A DNA stretch of 64,000 nt from Acidobacteriota bacterium. GTDB lineage: Bacteria > Acidobacteriota > UBA6911 > RPQK01 > JAJDTT01. The notes beneath the pieces are model-generated. The model did no database searches. It saw nothing but the letters and a program-made list of their open reading frames with translations, and was not told the origin of the DNA. Positions 21,057 to 30,577 of the stretch are shown piece by piece; the stretch's first letter is position 1; each line of letters opens with the position of its first letter. The DNA lies in the NCBI GenBank assembly GCA_965263035.1, contig OZ253580.1, positions 2,464,001-2,528,000 on the forward strand, in the 5' to 3' direction. Position numbers and translations under genes: made by a program.

Positions 21057-21175
21057 GCGGCGGTTTTCTTGCCGCCGATTCGGGGGGTAGGGGGGACGAT
21101 TAGTCCCCCCCTCCTCTTCGTCTTCTTCCTTCTCGATCCGGAGTGGGCGACAAGAAAGTCGCCCCTCCCAGCGGG
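21057..21175. repeat. Composite REP doublet copy 3 (first REP cut by IS110)
   Basis: Matches 18001-18120. Confidence 0.85.
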
Positions 21176-21273
21176 CGGATTCTGTCCACCCCGTCCATTG
21201 GCCGGGTCGGGGTGAGTGGTGATCTGGCTCGGACATCTTGACATCACATAGGGGAGTCATCATGATGACTCCC

Positions 21274-21534
21274 ATGCGGACGACGTTAACTATCGAACCG
21301 GATGTCGCCCAGGTCCTACGGCGAGAGATTCGGCGTTCCGACCGGAGTATGAAAGCCGTGGTGAACGATGCCTTGCGAATCGGTCTCGGGGCGCAGGGCA
21401 AAGCCCCGCGGACGTCTCGATACGAGGTGAATCCCCATGCCTTCGGCTTCAAGCCGGGTATTGACATCTATCGGCTCAATCAACTGGTCGACGAGTTGGA
21501 AGCGGAGGAACTGGGTCGAAATAGTCAACTGTGA
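21274..21534 (+). CDS. VapB-type antitoxin
   Basis: MRTTLTIEPDV, VVNDALRIGL; overlaps the PIN gene. Confidence 0.85.
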   Translation: MRTTLTIEPDVAQVLRREIRRSDRSMKAVVNDALRIGLGAQGKAPRTSRYEVNPHAFGFKPGIDIYRLNQLVDELEAEELGRNSQL

Positions 21535-21959
21535 TCATTCCCGACGTCAACCTGCTGCTGCACGCCCACAATTCGGACTTTCCGCGACACCGGGAAGCGC
21601 GAGAATGGTGGGAATCCCTGATGAATGGGACCGTCAGCGTCGGACTCCCGTGGGCGTCTATCCTTGGTTTTATCCGCATCGCCACTCAACCGAGAATCCT
21701 CGAGAATCCCCTCGACGTGAGGGGCGCCCGCACTCGCGTCCGGTCTTGGCTCGATCGACCGCAGACAGTGATCATCCATCCGGGAAATCGCCATTCGGAT
21801 ATTCTATTCGATCTCCTCGAGGGGTCTGGTGGCGGCGGCAATTTGACGACCGATGCCCATCTCGCTGCCTTGGCAATCGAGCACCAAGCGGAACTCCACT
21901 CGAACGATGCCGACATGGCTCGATTTCCGGGTCTGCGATGGGTGAACCCACTCGCCTGA
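21531..21959 (+). CDS. vapC: VapC PIN-domain toxin
   Basis: IIPDVNLLLHA, GNLTTDAHLAALAIE, SNDADMARFPGL. Confidence 0.92.
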   Translation: MIIPDVNLLLHAHNSDFPRHREAREWWESLMNGTVSVGLPWASILGFIRIATQPRILENPLDVRGARTRVRSWLDRPQTVIIHPGNRHSDILFDLLEGSGGGGNLTTDAHLAALAIEHQAELHSNDADMARFPGLRWVNPLA

Positions 21960-22140
21960 CGTAACCGCCCGATCTGCCTGGCGCGGCGGTGTTCCAATCG
22001 CCGGACTCCCGTTGGCGTATTGGAAAGAAAGAATGGGGGACAGAAATGTCTGCACGCCCATGGGAGACAAGAATGTCCCCCCTCCCGGGGGTGAACTATA
22101 ATGGGCCGGGACCCTGCCGGGGGCAGGATCCGCCGGGATC

Positions 22141-22926
22141 ATGTTGAGTTCGCTTCTTCGCCACAGGCACCTGATTCGTGAACTGGTGTCCCGGGACATC
22201 CGGAGCCGCTACGTGGGCTCCGTCGCCGGCCTGTTCTGGTCCATTCTGAATCCGGCTCTGCAACTGGCGCTCTACACGCTGGTCTTCTCACTCTTCCTGG
22301 GGCATCGGTTCGGCAGCGAGGGCTCCACCGGAGTCTTCGCGCTGAATCTCTTCGCCGCCCTGCTCCCCTGGATGGCCATTCAGGAAGGCGTCGTCCGCTC
22401 GGCCCGGACCTTCATCGAGAACGCCAACATCATCAAGAAGCAGCGATTCCCGCTGGAGGCGCTTCCCTTCAGCGTCCTGATCTCGGCCGTCGTGCACCAG
22501 TTGCTGGGGACGGCCGTCTTCCTGGTGGTGCTGGCGGTCACCCAACTGACCGACTTCCGGTTCCTGGTCCTGATCTTCCCCCTCTTCGCGATCCAGATCC
22601 TCATGACCTACGGGCTGGCCGCCATGGCTGCCTCCCTGAATGTCTTCTTCCGCGACGTGGCCCAGCTCCTGGGCGTTCTCTTCATGCTCTTCTTCTGGGT
22701 CACCCCCATCGTCTACCCCCGGAGCCGAGCCCCGGAACCCTACCAGTTCCTCCTCTTCCTGAACCCTCTGACCCACCTGGTGGAGGCCTACCGGTTCGCC
22801 TTCCTGGGAGCGCCGGAACCCTCTCCATGGGGGCTGCTCTACTGGGCAGCCGTGTCCGTCGGATTCTATCGACTGGGGCGTTACGTCCTGGACCGGACCC
22901 GGAACCAGTTGGTGGACCTGTTGTGA
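22141..22926 (+). CDS. wzm: Polysaccharide ABC exporter permease (Wzm)
   Basis: RDIRSRYVGS, GLFWSILNP, FFRDV, TPIVYP, NPL. Confidence 0.92.
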   Translation: MLSSLLRHRHLIRELVSRDIRSRYVGSVAGLFWSILNPALQLALYTLVFSLFLGHRFGSEGSTGVFALNLFAALLPWMAIQEGVVRSARTFIENANIIKKQRFPLEALPFSVLISAVVHQLLGTAVFLVVLAVTQLTDFRFLVLIFPLFAIQILMTYGLAAMAASLNVFFRDVAQLLGVLFMLFFWVTPIVYPRSRAPEPYQFLLFLNPLTHLVEAYRFAFLGAPEPSPWGLLYWAAVSVGFYRLGRYVLDRTRNQLVDLL

Positions 22927-24110
22927 GACCCGCCGTCCGGGCCGTCTCCCTCTCCAAGTTCTACGGGATGCACTGGAGCCCCCGGGGCCTTCTCCGGCAG
23001 GTTATCACCGGAAAGGAGACGGCCCACCGGATCCGGGCCCTGGAGGGGGTCAGCTTCCGGGTCGAGGCGGGCCAGGCCCTGGGAGTGGTCGGCCGGAACG
23101 GTTCGGGAAAGACGACCCTGCTGAAGATGGTGTCGGGCGCCGCCCATCCCAGTTCGGGGCGAGTCGAGGTGGACGGACGGATCGGCGCCCTGCTGGACCT
23201 GGGAGCCGGTTTTCATCCCGAGTTCAGCGGCCGCGAGAACATCCGGTTCAGCGGAGCGCTCATGGGTCTGGAGCCGGACCGGGTCCGGAAAGCGGAGGAC
23301 CGGATCGTGGCCTTCAGCGAGCTGAGGGAATTCATCGACCAACCGATGAGGACCTATTCCGCCGGCATGTACGTCCGCTTGGGCTTCGCCGTCTCCACCG
23401 GATTCCATCCTTCCGTGCTGGTCATCGACGAGGCGCTGGCGGTGGGAGACCAGCCCTTCCAGAAAAAGTGCACGGACCGGATCCTGTCCATCAAGAAGAG
23501 GGGGGCCGCCATCGTGATCTGCTCCCACAACCTCTACCAGATCAAGACCCTTTGCGAGGAGGCGATCTGGCTCCGTGGGGGCCGGCCCCAATCCCAGGGA
23601 GATGCCGTCACGGTGGTGGAGGACTACGGCCGATATCTGGGGCAGGCGTCGTCTCCCCGCGACGGGGGCGCCGACGATGCCGGTTCCGATCCCTCTCTGA
23701 ACTGTAGAATCGAAAGCCTCCGGCTACAGAACGGTTCGGGGTCCGGATGCCAGAGCTTCAGGACCGGCGAGACCTTGCGACTGGAGATCGCCGCCGAGTT
23801 CGCGTCCGACTTCCGGGGACGGCCCAGCCTTCGGGTGGCGATCCGGAGAGACGACGGCCTCACCCTCCACGAAACCCGGACCCGCAGCATTGAAGAGCTG
23901 CAGTTTGTGGGCGGCGGCCGTTACCGGGGGCGGCTCACGTTGCGGGAGATTCCGCTCCTGGCGGGTGGGTATCGGGTTCTGGTTGCCGCGTGCTCTCATT
24001 CGGAGGAGCCGGAGCCGAGGAGCTGGAGGTCTGTTCCGTTCAGCGTGCGCTCCCGGGGACGGGAGTTGGGGGCGGTCCGGATGGAGCATCGTTGGAGCGG
24101 CGGTTTCTGA
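22923..24110 (+). CDS. wzt: Polysaccharide ABC exporter ATPase with Wzt C-terminal domain
   Basis: GRNGSGKTT, YSAGMYVRLGFA, IDEALAVGD; last codons lie in a REP. Confidence 0.92.
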   Translation: MRPAVRAVSLSKFYGMHWSPRGLLRQVITGKETAHRIRALEGVSFRVEAGQALGVVGRNGSGKTTLLKMVSGAAHPSSGRVEVDGRIGALLDLGAGFHPEFSGRENIRFSGALMGLEPDRVRKAEDRIVAFSELREFIDQPMRTYSAGMYVRLGFAVSTGFHPSVLVIDEALAVGDQPFQKKCTDRILSIKKRGAAIVICSHNLYQIKTLCEEAIWLRGGRPQSQGDAVTVVEDYGRYLGQASSPRDGGADDAGSDPSLNCRIESLRLQNGSGSGCQSFRTGETLRLEIAAEFASDFRGRPSLRVAIRRDDGLTLHETRTRSIEELQFVGGGRYRGRLTLREIPLLAGGYRVLVAACSHSEEPEPRSWRSVPFSVRSRGRELGAVRMEHRWSGGF

Positions 24111-24373
24111 CCGCCGGACTCCCCGGAGGGGCGGTTTCCAACCGCCCATTCTTCCGTTCCTCCGGGGAATGGGGGACAAGACTGTCCCCTCCTATGCCCC
24201 TTCCTGTGAAGATTTCCGATGACCGATCGCACTTTTTCCGCAGTCGTCATAGTAGGTAACGAGCGTTGACAATCGATGACGGGCAACGGAAGAATGCTTC
24301 CTATGGCACGAAACCCCTTGATGGCAAGATGTAGGCGAATCCCGTCTCTCGCCATTAGGTGGAGACCAAGACC

Positions 24374-24703
24374 GTGAATGTTGATCTGATCAGGGTCTTG
24401 GTGGCAGTGGCGGCAGTGGGCGTCGGTCTTGGCGGACTGACGTTGGCCGGCGTGCGAGGGCTGGGTCGCGAAATGCGGGGCCTGCGGCAGGAGACGCGGG
24501 ACGAAATCCAAGGCTTGCGGCAGGAGATGCGGAAGGAAATCCAAGGCCTGCGGCGGGAGACGCGGCACGATATACGGGACATGCGCGGCCACATGGGACG
24601 AATCGATTCCCATATCGGCGAACTCCGGGAACGCATGGGGCACGTGGAAGGACTGTTGAAGGGGTTGCGCGACGCTTTCGTCCAGGGGATCACCCCCAGC
24701 TAG
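24374..24703 (+). CDS. Small single-TM coiled-coil protein (33-bp repeats)
   Basis: MNVDLIRVLVAVAAVGVGLGGL, repeated IQGLRQE, HMGRIDSHIGELRERMGHVEGLLKGLR; paralog of 30323-30577. Confidence 0.8.
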   Translation: MNVDLIRVLVAVAAVGVGLGGLTLAGVRGLGREMRGLRQETRDEIQGLRQEMRKEIQGLRRETRHDIRDMRGHMGRIDSHIGELRERMGHVEGLLKGLRDAFVQGITPS

Positions 24704-24807
24704 GAGCCTGCGCCGCAGAAATTGATCTACTGCGAAAGCGGTAGAATCGGTCCATATTTCCTCGATTCCCCACTTTCTCGCTACGATCATTTCTACCGCG
24801 CAGACTC
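24704..24807. mobile_element. MITE copy 1 (55-bp internal deletion)
   Basis: Imperfect TIRs GAGCCTGCGCCGCAGAAATTGATC / GATCATTTCTACCGCGCAGACTC. Confidence 0.8.
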
Positions 24808-24949
24808 CCAGCTCGTAGTGGCGAGGAGGGGCGATTTCCAGTCGCCCATCCTTCCGCTCCCCCGTGGGCTCCTTCCCCCATGCTCTTCTGCTCTATTGAT
24901 ATTTGGGAGTGCGGCGACAAGAAAGCCGCCGTTCCCATCGGCGGCAAGA

Positions 24950-25581
24950 ATCGGGTCGAGTACAGGGGATTGCGCCCCCGCACCCTCCCACACCACCGGA
25001 CGTACCGTTTTCAGTATCCGGCGGTTGGAGTCACCCGAGGCTCTTTCGAGCCTCGTACAGGGCCTTTCTTTCCGGTTTCCGCCGCCGCTGAGACTTGATC
25101 TCCGCCCTTCCGGCTTGCCGGCCTCCACCCGTGGGCCTTCCATGCCGGGTCCGAGGAGGGTTCCCCTCGCCCCGCTGTCGGAGGTGGTTGCGATCCCGCT
25201 GACGAGTCCACCATAGGGCCAGTCCGACTCCTTCGGTCCTTCGCTCCACCGGCATTACCCGGCTTCTTCGCTACTACGACCTCTGCTGACTTCTCAAGGG
25301 CTCTCACCCTTGAGATCTCCCCGAGTAAGGTGCTGCATCTTTCCCCCCGGGCCGCCCGGCTCTACCTGATGCGTCTGGATGGGGTTCGGGTTTCGCTGTT
25401 GCTCGCCAGCTCACCGCCCGCACCCGGCCTCACTGCCGGTTCGTGTTCCTGCGATCGTGGGTTTGCCTTCCGCTTCCTTCAGCTTCGCCTCGCGGCTTCG
25501 CCTTGCGGTTCGGCTAGGGTTGATCCCATCACCTCCCTTGGGATCTTTCATCCCTTAGATACAGCCCATGTCCGGGCGTAC
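24950..25581 (-). mobile_element. ORF-less group IIC intron, 632 nt
   Basis: 5' GTACGCCCGGACATGGG; short domain V AACCGCCGGATACTGAAAACGGTACGTCCGGTGGT; 3' end CTCGACCCGAT; no RT ORF. Confidence 0.88.
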
Positions 25582-25783
25582 GAGCGGCGACTTTCTTATC
25601 GTCGATTAGGTGGAGGTGGAGGTGGAGTCCCACCTCTACACTTTCCGGCTAGAAGAGGAGGCGGCAAGAAAACCGCCTCTCCCAGCCGGCGACAAGAAAG
25701 TCGCCGCTCCCAGCCGGCGGCAAGAAAGCGGCTGCTCCTGTCGTGGAATCGGTCTTGGGGCCGTGATATCGTGCTGGCCAGTC

Positions 25784-27835
25784 ATGGGAGCCGGGAGGGG
25801 AAGTTCGGACGATTCTTCCGGCCTCCGGCGACACCGCGACCTCTACGATCACGACTATTTCCACGGCAAGACCAGCGGGTATCCTTCCGAGGGTTACGCT
25901 CGCGCGCATCCGGAATGGGGCCCCTGGTTGGAGCTGCTGGATGCGCTTCAGCCCAAGGGCCTGCTGCTGGAGTTGGGTTGCGCTTACGGGTATCTGACGG
26001 AGGCGGTCCGAGGCTCCGGCCGGCGGGCGGTGGGCCTGGACCTGAGCGACTACGCCCTCTCCCAGCACGTTCCGGCGCGCCCCTTCCTGGTGCAGGGTGA
26101 CGCCCAGGAACTGCCCTTCGCCAGCGGCTGCGCGCACGTCGTCACCCTGTTCGACCTGCTGGAGCACCTTCCGGACCCGCGCGCCTGCCTCCGGGAGGCG
26201 GTCCGGATCTTGCACCCGGACGGACTCATGGCAGGCGCCACTCCGGACCCTCTCCATTTCCGGCGGCCGGAGCCGACCCACTGCTTCGAGCGCCCCCCCT
26301 CCTTCTGGATCTCGGCCCTGGAGGAGCTGGACCTGGCCGTGACCTACCGCTTCTCCGTGACCCCCTACAACTTCCAGTTCCTGGCGGCGTTCAAGGGGTC
26401 CCCCACGGCGGCGCGGGCGGCGGCGTGGCGCCACGACTACTACGGCCCGGAACGGGATTTCGTCTCCGTCGACGGTCCCCTGGAGGCCCTGCCCCGCTGG
26501 GGCTGGTCGGCATTGGAGTCCGGCTCCCGGGGAATGCAGGGAAACTCCTCGGCCCTCTACCTCCTGAACCGGCTGGCCGGACCGGTCCGTTTCACGACCC
26601 GCTTCTCCGTCTCCTCCTCACCCGACTTCACCACCCTGCGGGTCCGGGCCGGCAGCTCCACGTTGGCCGAGATCCACCTCGACTCGGAGCGAAAGACCAC
26701 CCAGGTGGTGCTCCCCCCCGTCAGCGTGGCCAGCGGCGGGCACCATCTGATCTTCGAACCCTCCCCACTGGGTCCGCGGCTCCACATCCACGACGTGGAG
26801 ATCGACGCCGAGCCCTGTTCCCAGGAGGACCTGGTCCTGGGCCTTCCCTTCGACCTCTACCAGCGCTACCGCCTCGCGGCGCAGGTGGGTTCCGGACTGA
26901 CCCGGGGTCCCATCCTGGACGTGGGCGGCCTGCTGGGGGACCAGGACGGACACCTGGCCACCACGGCGGACTTTTTCTCCGAACTGGAAATGGACGCGCC
27001 CGTACAGGTCCGAACCACCGACCTGAGGCATTGCGACCATCCGGACCACGCTCCGGCCCCGGCCTGGGAGCAGCCCTTCGAAGACGCCTCCTTCGACCTG
27101 GTGCTGGCTCTGGACGTGCTGGAGCATCTGGAACCGGAGCGGCGGCCCGACCTGCTCTCGGAACTGGACCGAGTCGCCCGTTCCTTCATCCTGATCGGCG
27201 CCCCCTTCTCCACCCCGGCCGTGGAGCGGACCGAGGAGGAGCTGGCTCAGGGACTGCTGGACACCCGCCGTTTCCTGGAGGAGCACCGGACCCTGGGGCT
27301 GCCGTCTCTCGACCTGGTGGAGAGTCACTTCGGGGACCGGCCCGAGTATGAGGTCCACCGGTTCCCCAGCGGCTACCTGCCTCGCTGGCGGGCCATGCAG
27401 GTGCTGACGCAGCACTACTTCCAGTTGAACGACACCACCTCCATGACCGCCCTGAACCGTCTCTACAACCAGACCTGTTATGTTCCGGACTTGGCCGAAC
27501 CGTCCTACCGGACCCTTTTCCTGATCTCCAAGACACCCCTCTCTGAAGGCCAACGAAAGGCGTTGGCGGCGCTGCTCCCGGGGCCGGACTCGGATCCCGA
27601 GTCCCCCTGCGGCCTCTCGGAGATTGCCCGGCACTCCCAGTTCCCGAGTCTGCACCAGCGGCTCAGGGAGCTGCTGCAGGAACGGGACGAGGCTTGGCTG
27701 AACACGCGATTCCTCATCAACGAGCGGCAGAAGCTGATCCGGCTGCTGCGCCGCGAGATCCGGCGCCTGCGCACCGAGGTCCCCCTCTGGAAACTGGCGG
27801 TTCTCCGCCTCCGGGACAAACTGAGACGCCGCTGA
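25784..27835 (+). CDS. Two-domain SAM methyltransferase with C-terminal coiled coil
   Basis: LELGCAYG with FDLLEHL, and LDVGG with LDVLEHL; directly after wzt. Confidence 0.85.
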   Translation: MGAGRGSSDDSSGLRRHRDLYDHDYFHGKTSGYPSEGYARAHPEWGPWLELLDALQPKGLLLELGCAYGYLTEAVRGSGRRAVGLDLSDYALSQHVPARPFLVQGDAQELPFASGCAHVVTLFDLLEHLPDPRACLREAVRILHPDGLMAGATPDPLHFRRPEPTHCFERPPSFWISALEELDLAVTYRFSVTPYNFQFLAAFKGSPTAARAAAWRHDYYGPERDFVSVDGPLEALPRWGWSALESGSRGMQGNSSALYLLNRLAGPVRFTTRFSVSSSPDFTTLRVRAGSSTLAEIHLDSERKTTQVVLPPVSVASGGHHLIFEPSPLGPRLHIHDVEIDAEPCSQEDLVLGLPFDLYQRYRLAAQVGSGLTRGPILDVGGLLGDQDGHLATTADFFSELEMDAPVQVRTTDLRHCDHPDHAPAPAWEQPFEDASFDLVLALDVLEHLEPERRPDLLSELDRVARSFILIGAPFSTPAVERTEEELAQGLLDTRRFLEEHRTLGLPSLDLVESHFGDRPEYEVHRFPSGYLPRWRAMQVLTQHYFQLNDTTSMTALNRLYNQTCYVPDLAEPSYRTLFLISKTPLSEGQRKALAALLPGPDSDPESPCGLSEIARHSQFPSLHQRLRELLQERDEAWLNTRFLINERQKLIRLLRREIRRLRTEVPLWKLAVLRLRDKLRRR

Positions 27836-28851
27836 TGGGACCGCATCTACCGTCCGAATCGATACCGTCCCGGGGAGAGGCCGGGCCGGACGAAACCGGC
27901 TCACCCATCCCCGCTTCCGTCGTCATCATCAACTACAACGGCCGCCCCTACCTGGAGGAACTGCTCGGTTCCCTGGAACTTCAGACCCGCCGGCCCCTGG
28001 AGACCCTGCTGGTGGACAACGCCTCCCGGGATGACAGTGTCGCCTACGTGCGGAGGGAGTTCCCCTGGGTCCGGATGCTCCCGCAGGAGCGGAACCTGGG
28101 CTTCTCCCGGGCCGCCAACCTGGCTGCCGACGCGGCCCGCGGGACCTGGCTGGCCCTGCTCAACACGGACCTCCGTCTGGAGCCGGAATGGCTGGCGGAG
28201 CTGGTGGCCGCCGCCGGGACGGACCCCTCCATCGCCGCCGTCTCCTCCAAGCTGAGGCTTTACGATCAGCCTCACCGGCTCAACGGGGTGGGGGGCTGCA
28301 TGAACCGGCTGGGCTACACCTGGGACCGGGGGATGGGGGAGGAGGACCGGGGCCAATACGACCAGAGCCGGGAAGTGCTGTTCGCCTGCGCCGGCGCCGC
28401 CCTGTTCCACCGGTCCCGCTTCCGGGAGGCGGGCGGATTCGATTCGCGCTTTTTCATGTACCACGAGGACGTGGACCTCTGTTGGCGGCTCTGGCTGCGG
28501 GGATTCCGGGTGGTCACGGCGCCCAGGGCGGTCGCCTACCATCACCTGAGCGCCTCCACCCGGGAGGACCGGGGCCTGCTCTGGCGGGAGATCCTGGGCG
28601 AGCGCCACAACCTGCGCACCCTGCTCAAGAACTACGAGTGCGCCAACCTGGCGCGAGCCCTCTGGGGACTCCTGACGCTGCGGCAGCCGGCGCGCCGCAA
28701 ATGGGCGCAGTTGGGAAACCTGGCGTGGAACCTGCGGCGGCTTCCCGAGACGCTGCGGCTGAGGCGCCGCATTCAGCGGGAGCGGCGGGTGCCGGACGCA
28801 CAACTGAAACGCCTTGTCGTACAATCGCGCCATGTCCCCATCCCCCGGTGA
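27835..28851 (+). CDS. Glycosyltransferase family 2
   Basis: SVVIINYNG, VDNASRD, LLNTD, FFMYHEDVDL. Confidence 0.92.
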   Translation: MGPHLPSESIPSRGEAGPDETGSPIPASVVIINYNGRPYLEELLGSLELQTRRPLETLLVDNASRDDSVAYVRREFPWVRMLPQERNLGFSRAANLAADAARGTWLALLNTDLRLEPEWLAELVAAAGTDPSIAAVSSKLRLYDQPHRLNGVGGCMNRLGYTWDRGMGEEDRGQYDQSREVLFACAGAALFHRSRFREAGGFDSRFFMYHEDVDLCWRLWLRGFRVVTAPRAVAYHHLSASTREDRGLLWREILGERHNLRTLLKNYECANLARALWGLLTLRQPARRKWAQLGNLAWNLRRLPETLRLRRRIQRERRVPDAQLKRLVVQSRHVPIPR

Positions 28852-30154
28852 CGTCTCGGTCGTCACCGTCAACTGGAACGGGAAATCCCACCTGTCCACC
28901 CTGCTTCCGCCCCTGCTGGCGCTGGGTCCGGGAGAGGTCATCGTGGTGGACAACGGGAGCACCGACGGCTCCCAGGGGTTCCTCAGGAAGCGCTATCCCC
29001 AGGTCCGGCTCTTGGAGAACGGAGTCAACCGCGGCTTCGCTCAACCCTGCAACCTGGGCGTCGAAACGGCCCGGGGGGCGCATGTCGCCTTCATCAACAA
29101 CGACATGCGCCCCGAACCGGACTGGCTGACCGCCGCCCTGGGGAAGTTGGACGCCCAGACCCCCTGCGTCGCCTCCCGGATCCTGGACTGGGAGGGGCGG
29201 CGGATCGACTACAACGGATCGTCCCTCCACTACCTGGGCTACGGGTTGCAGGAGGATCTGGGCTTGCCCGTCGAGGAGGCGCCGCGCCGGGACCAGGTCC
29301 TGTTTCCGTGCGGCGGAGCCATGCTGGTGGACCGGACGGTCTTCCTGGAAGTGGGAGGGTTCGACGCCGATTTCTTCGCCCTTTTCGAGGACGTGGACCT
29401 GGGTTGGCGGCTCTGGCTGGCCGGTCATCGGGTGGTCATGGCCCCGGATTCGGTGGTGCGCCACCGGGGTCATGCCACCTTGGAGACCCAAGCGCCGGAG
29501 AAGACCCGGTATCTGATGCACCGGAACGCCCTGCTGACCATCTTCAAGAACTACGACGAGGAGAACTTCCGCAAGATCGTGCCCTTGGCCCTCGTCCTCT
29601 CGGTGAAGCGGGCGGTGCACTTCTCGGGAGTCCGCAAGGAGAGCTTCTACCTCTGGTCCGAGACCCGTCACAAGCTGGACGAAGGAGACGAGACCGCACG
29701 GTCGCAGTTGCTGGACTCGTTGAACCACCTGGTGGCCGTGGACGACGTGCTCCAGGCTCTGCCCCGGTTGGTGGAGAAACGCCGCCGGGTGCAGGCGCTT
29801 CGCCGGCGGAGCGACCGGGAGATCATGGAACTGTTCGGAGACCCCCTGCGCCGGATCGTGGAGGACCCGGTCTACGTCAAGGAGGAACTGGAGCTGCTGG
29901 AAGCGCTGGATCTGGGGTCGTTGCTGGATCCAGGCCCCAGCGCGACGTCCCTGGATTCCCTGCCGGGGGCCCTGCGGGAAAAGATCCGGTCATTGGAGAA
30001 GGAGTTGAATGCACTCCGGTGGTTGGGGTCTCAAGCCACTCTCCACCCGCCCGACCCGCCGGGGCTGGCCTCACGGTTCTTCCGCACTGCCCGCCGGGAG
30101 GGCCTGAAAGTCGCGTGTCTCCGGGCGTTCGACTACGTCAATCGAGCGGTGTGA
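28832..30154 (+). CDS. Glycosyltransferase family 2
   Basis: VTVNWNG, VDNGSTD, FINND, FFALFEDVDLGWR. Confidence 0.92.
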   Translation: MSPSPGDVSVVTVNWNGKSHLSTLLPPLLALGPGEVIVVDNGSTDGSQGFLRKRYPQVRLLENGVNRGFAQPCNLGVETARGAHVAFINNDMRPEPDWLTAALGKLDAQTPCVASRILDWEGRRIDYNGSSLHYLGYGLQEDLGLPVEEAPRRDQVLFPCGGAMLVDRTVFLEVGGFDADFFALFEDVDLGWRLWLAGHRVVMAPDSVVRHRGHATLETQAPEKTRYLMHRNALLTIFKNYDEENFRKIVPLALVLSVKRAVHFSGVRKESFYLWSETRHKLDEGDETARSQLLDSLNHLVAVDDVLQALPRLVEKRRRVQALRRRSDREIMELFGDPLRRIVEDPVYVKEELELLEALDLGSLLDPGPSATSLDSLPGALREKIRSLEKELNALRWLGSQATLHPPDPPGLASRFFRTARREGLKVACLRAFDYVNRAV

Positions 30155-30190
30155 AGGGTAGGAGAAGCGGCGGCATCGTTGCCGCCGGAT

Positions 30191-30324
30191 AGGAGCGGCG
30201 GCTTTCTTGCCGCCGATTAGGGGGGGTTAGGGGGGACGGTTAGTCCCCCCTCCTCTTCGTCTGTCCGGAGCAGGCGACAAGAAAGTCGCCTGTCCCAGTG
30301 GGCGACAAGAAAGTCGCCCCTCCT
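30191..30324. repeat. Composite REP doublet copy 4
   Basis: Same layout as 16409-16519. Confidence 0.8.
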
Positions 30325-30577
30325 AGTCGGACACGGTCGGCCGGACGAAGACTTCTCGCAATCCCTTCAGCAATCCTTCGACGTGCCCCATGCGTTCCCG
30401 GAGTTCGCCGATATGGGAGTCGATCCGCCCCATGTGGTTGCGCATGTCCCGTATTTCCTGGCGCATGTCCCGCATTTCGTGCCGAACCCCTCGCCAACTG
30501 GCTAACATCAGACCGGCCAAGCCGACTCCCACCGCCACCACGGCTATCAAGACGCTGATCAGGTCAACATTCATCAT
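30323..30577 (-). CDS. Small single-TM coiled-coil protein
   Basis: MMNVDLISVLIAVVAVGVGLAGL, HMGRIDSHIGELRERMGHVEGLLKGLR. Confidence 0.8.
   Translation of the reverse strand: MMNVDLISVLIAVVAVGVGLAGLMLASWRGVRHEMRDMRQEIRDMRNHMGRIDSHIGELRERMGHVEGLLKGLREVFVRPTVSD

Larger units (their letters stand above)
19504..21057 (-). mobile_element. IS110-family element copy 1, bounded by CT cores, inserted in a REP
   Basis: Minus-strand junctions AAAACCGCCG-CT-TGTCTG and CATGGATA-CT-CCCAAT; similarity to copy 2 ends just past the right core. Confidence 0.9.

Noticed and set aside
16409-22090. Integron cassette array
   Set aside because: No tyrosine integrase, and the repeats lack RYYYAAC/GTTRRRY attC ends.
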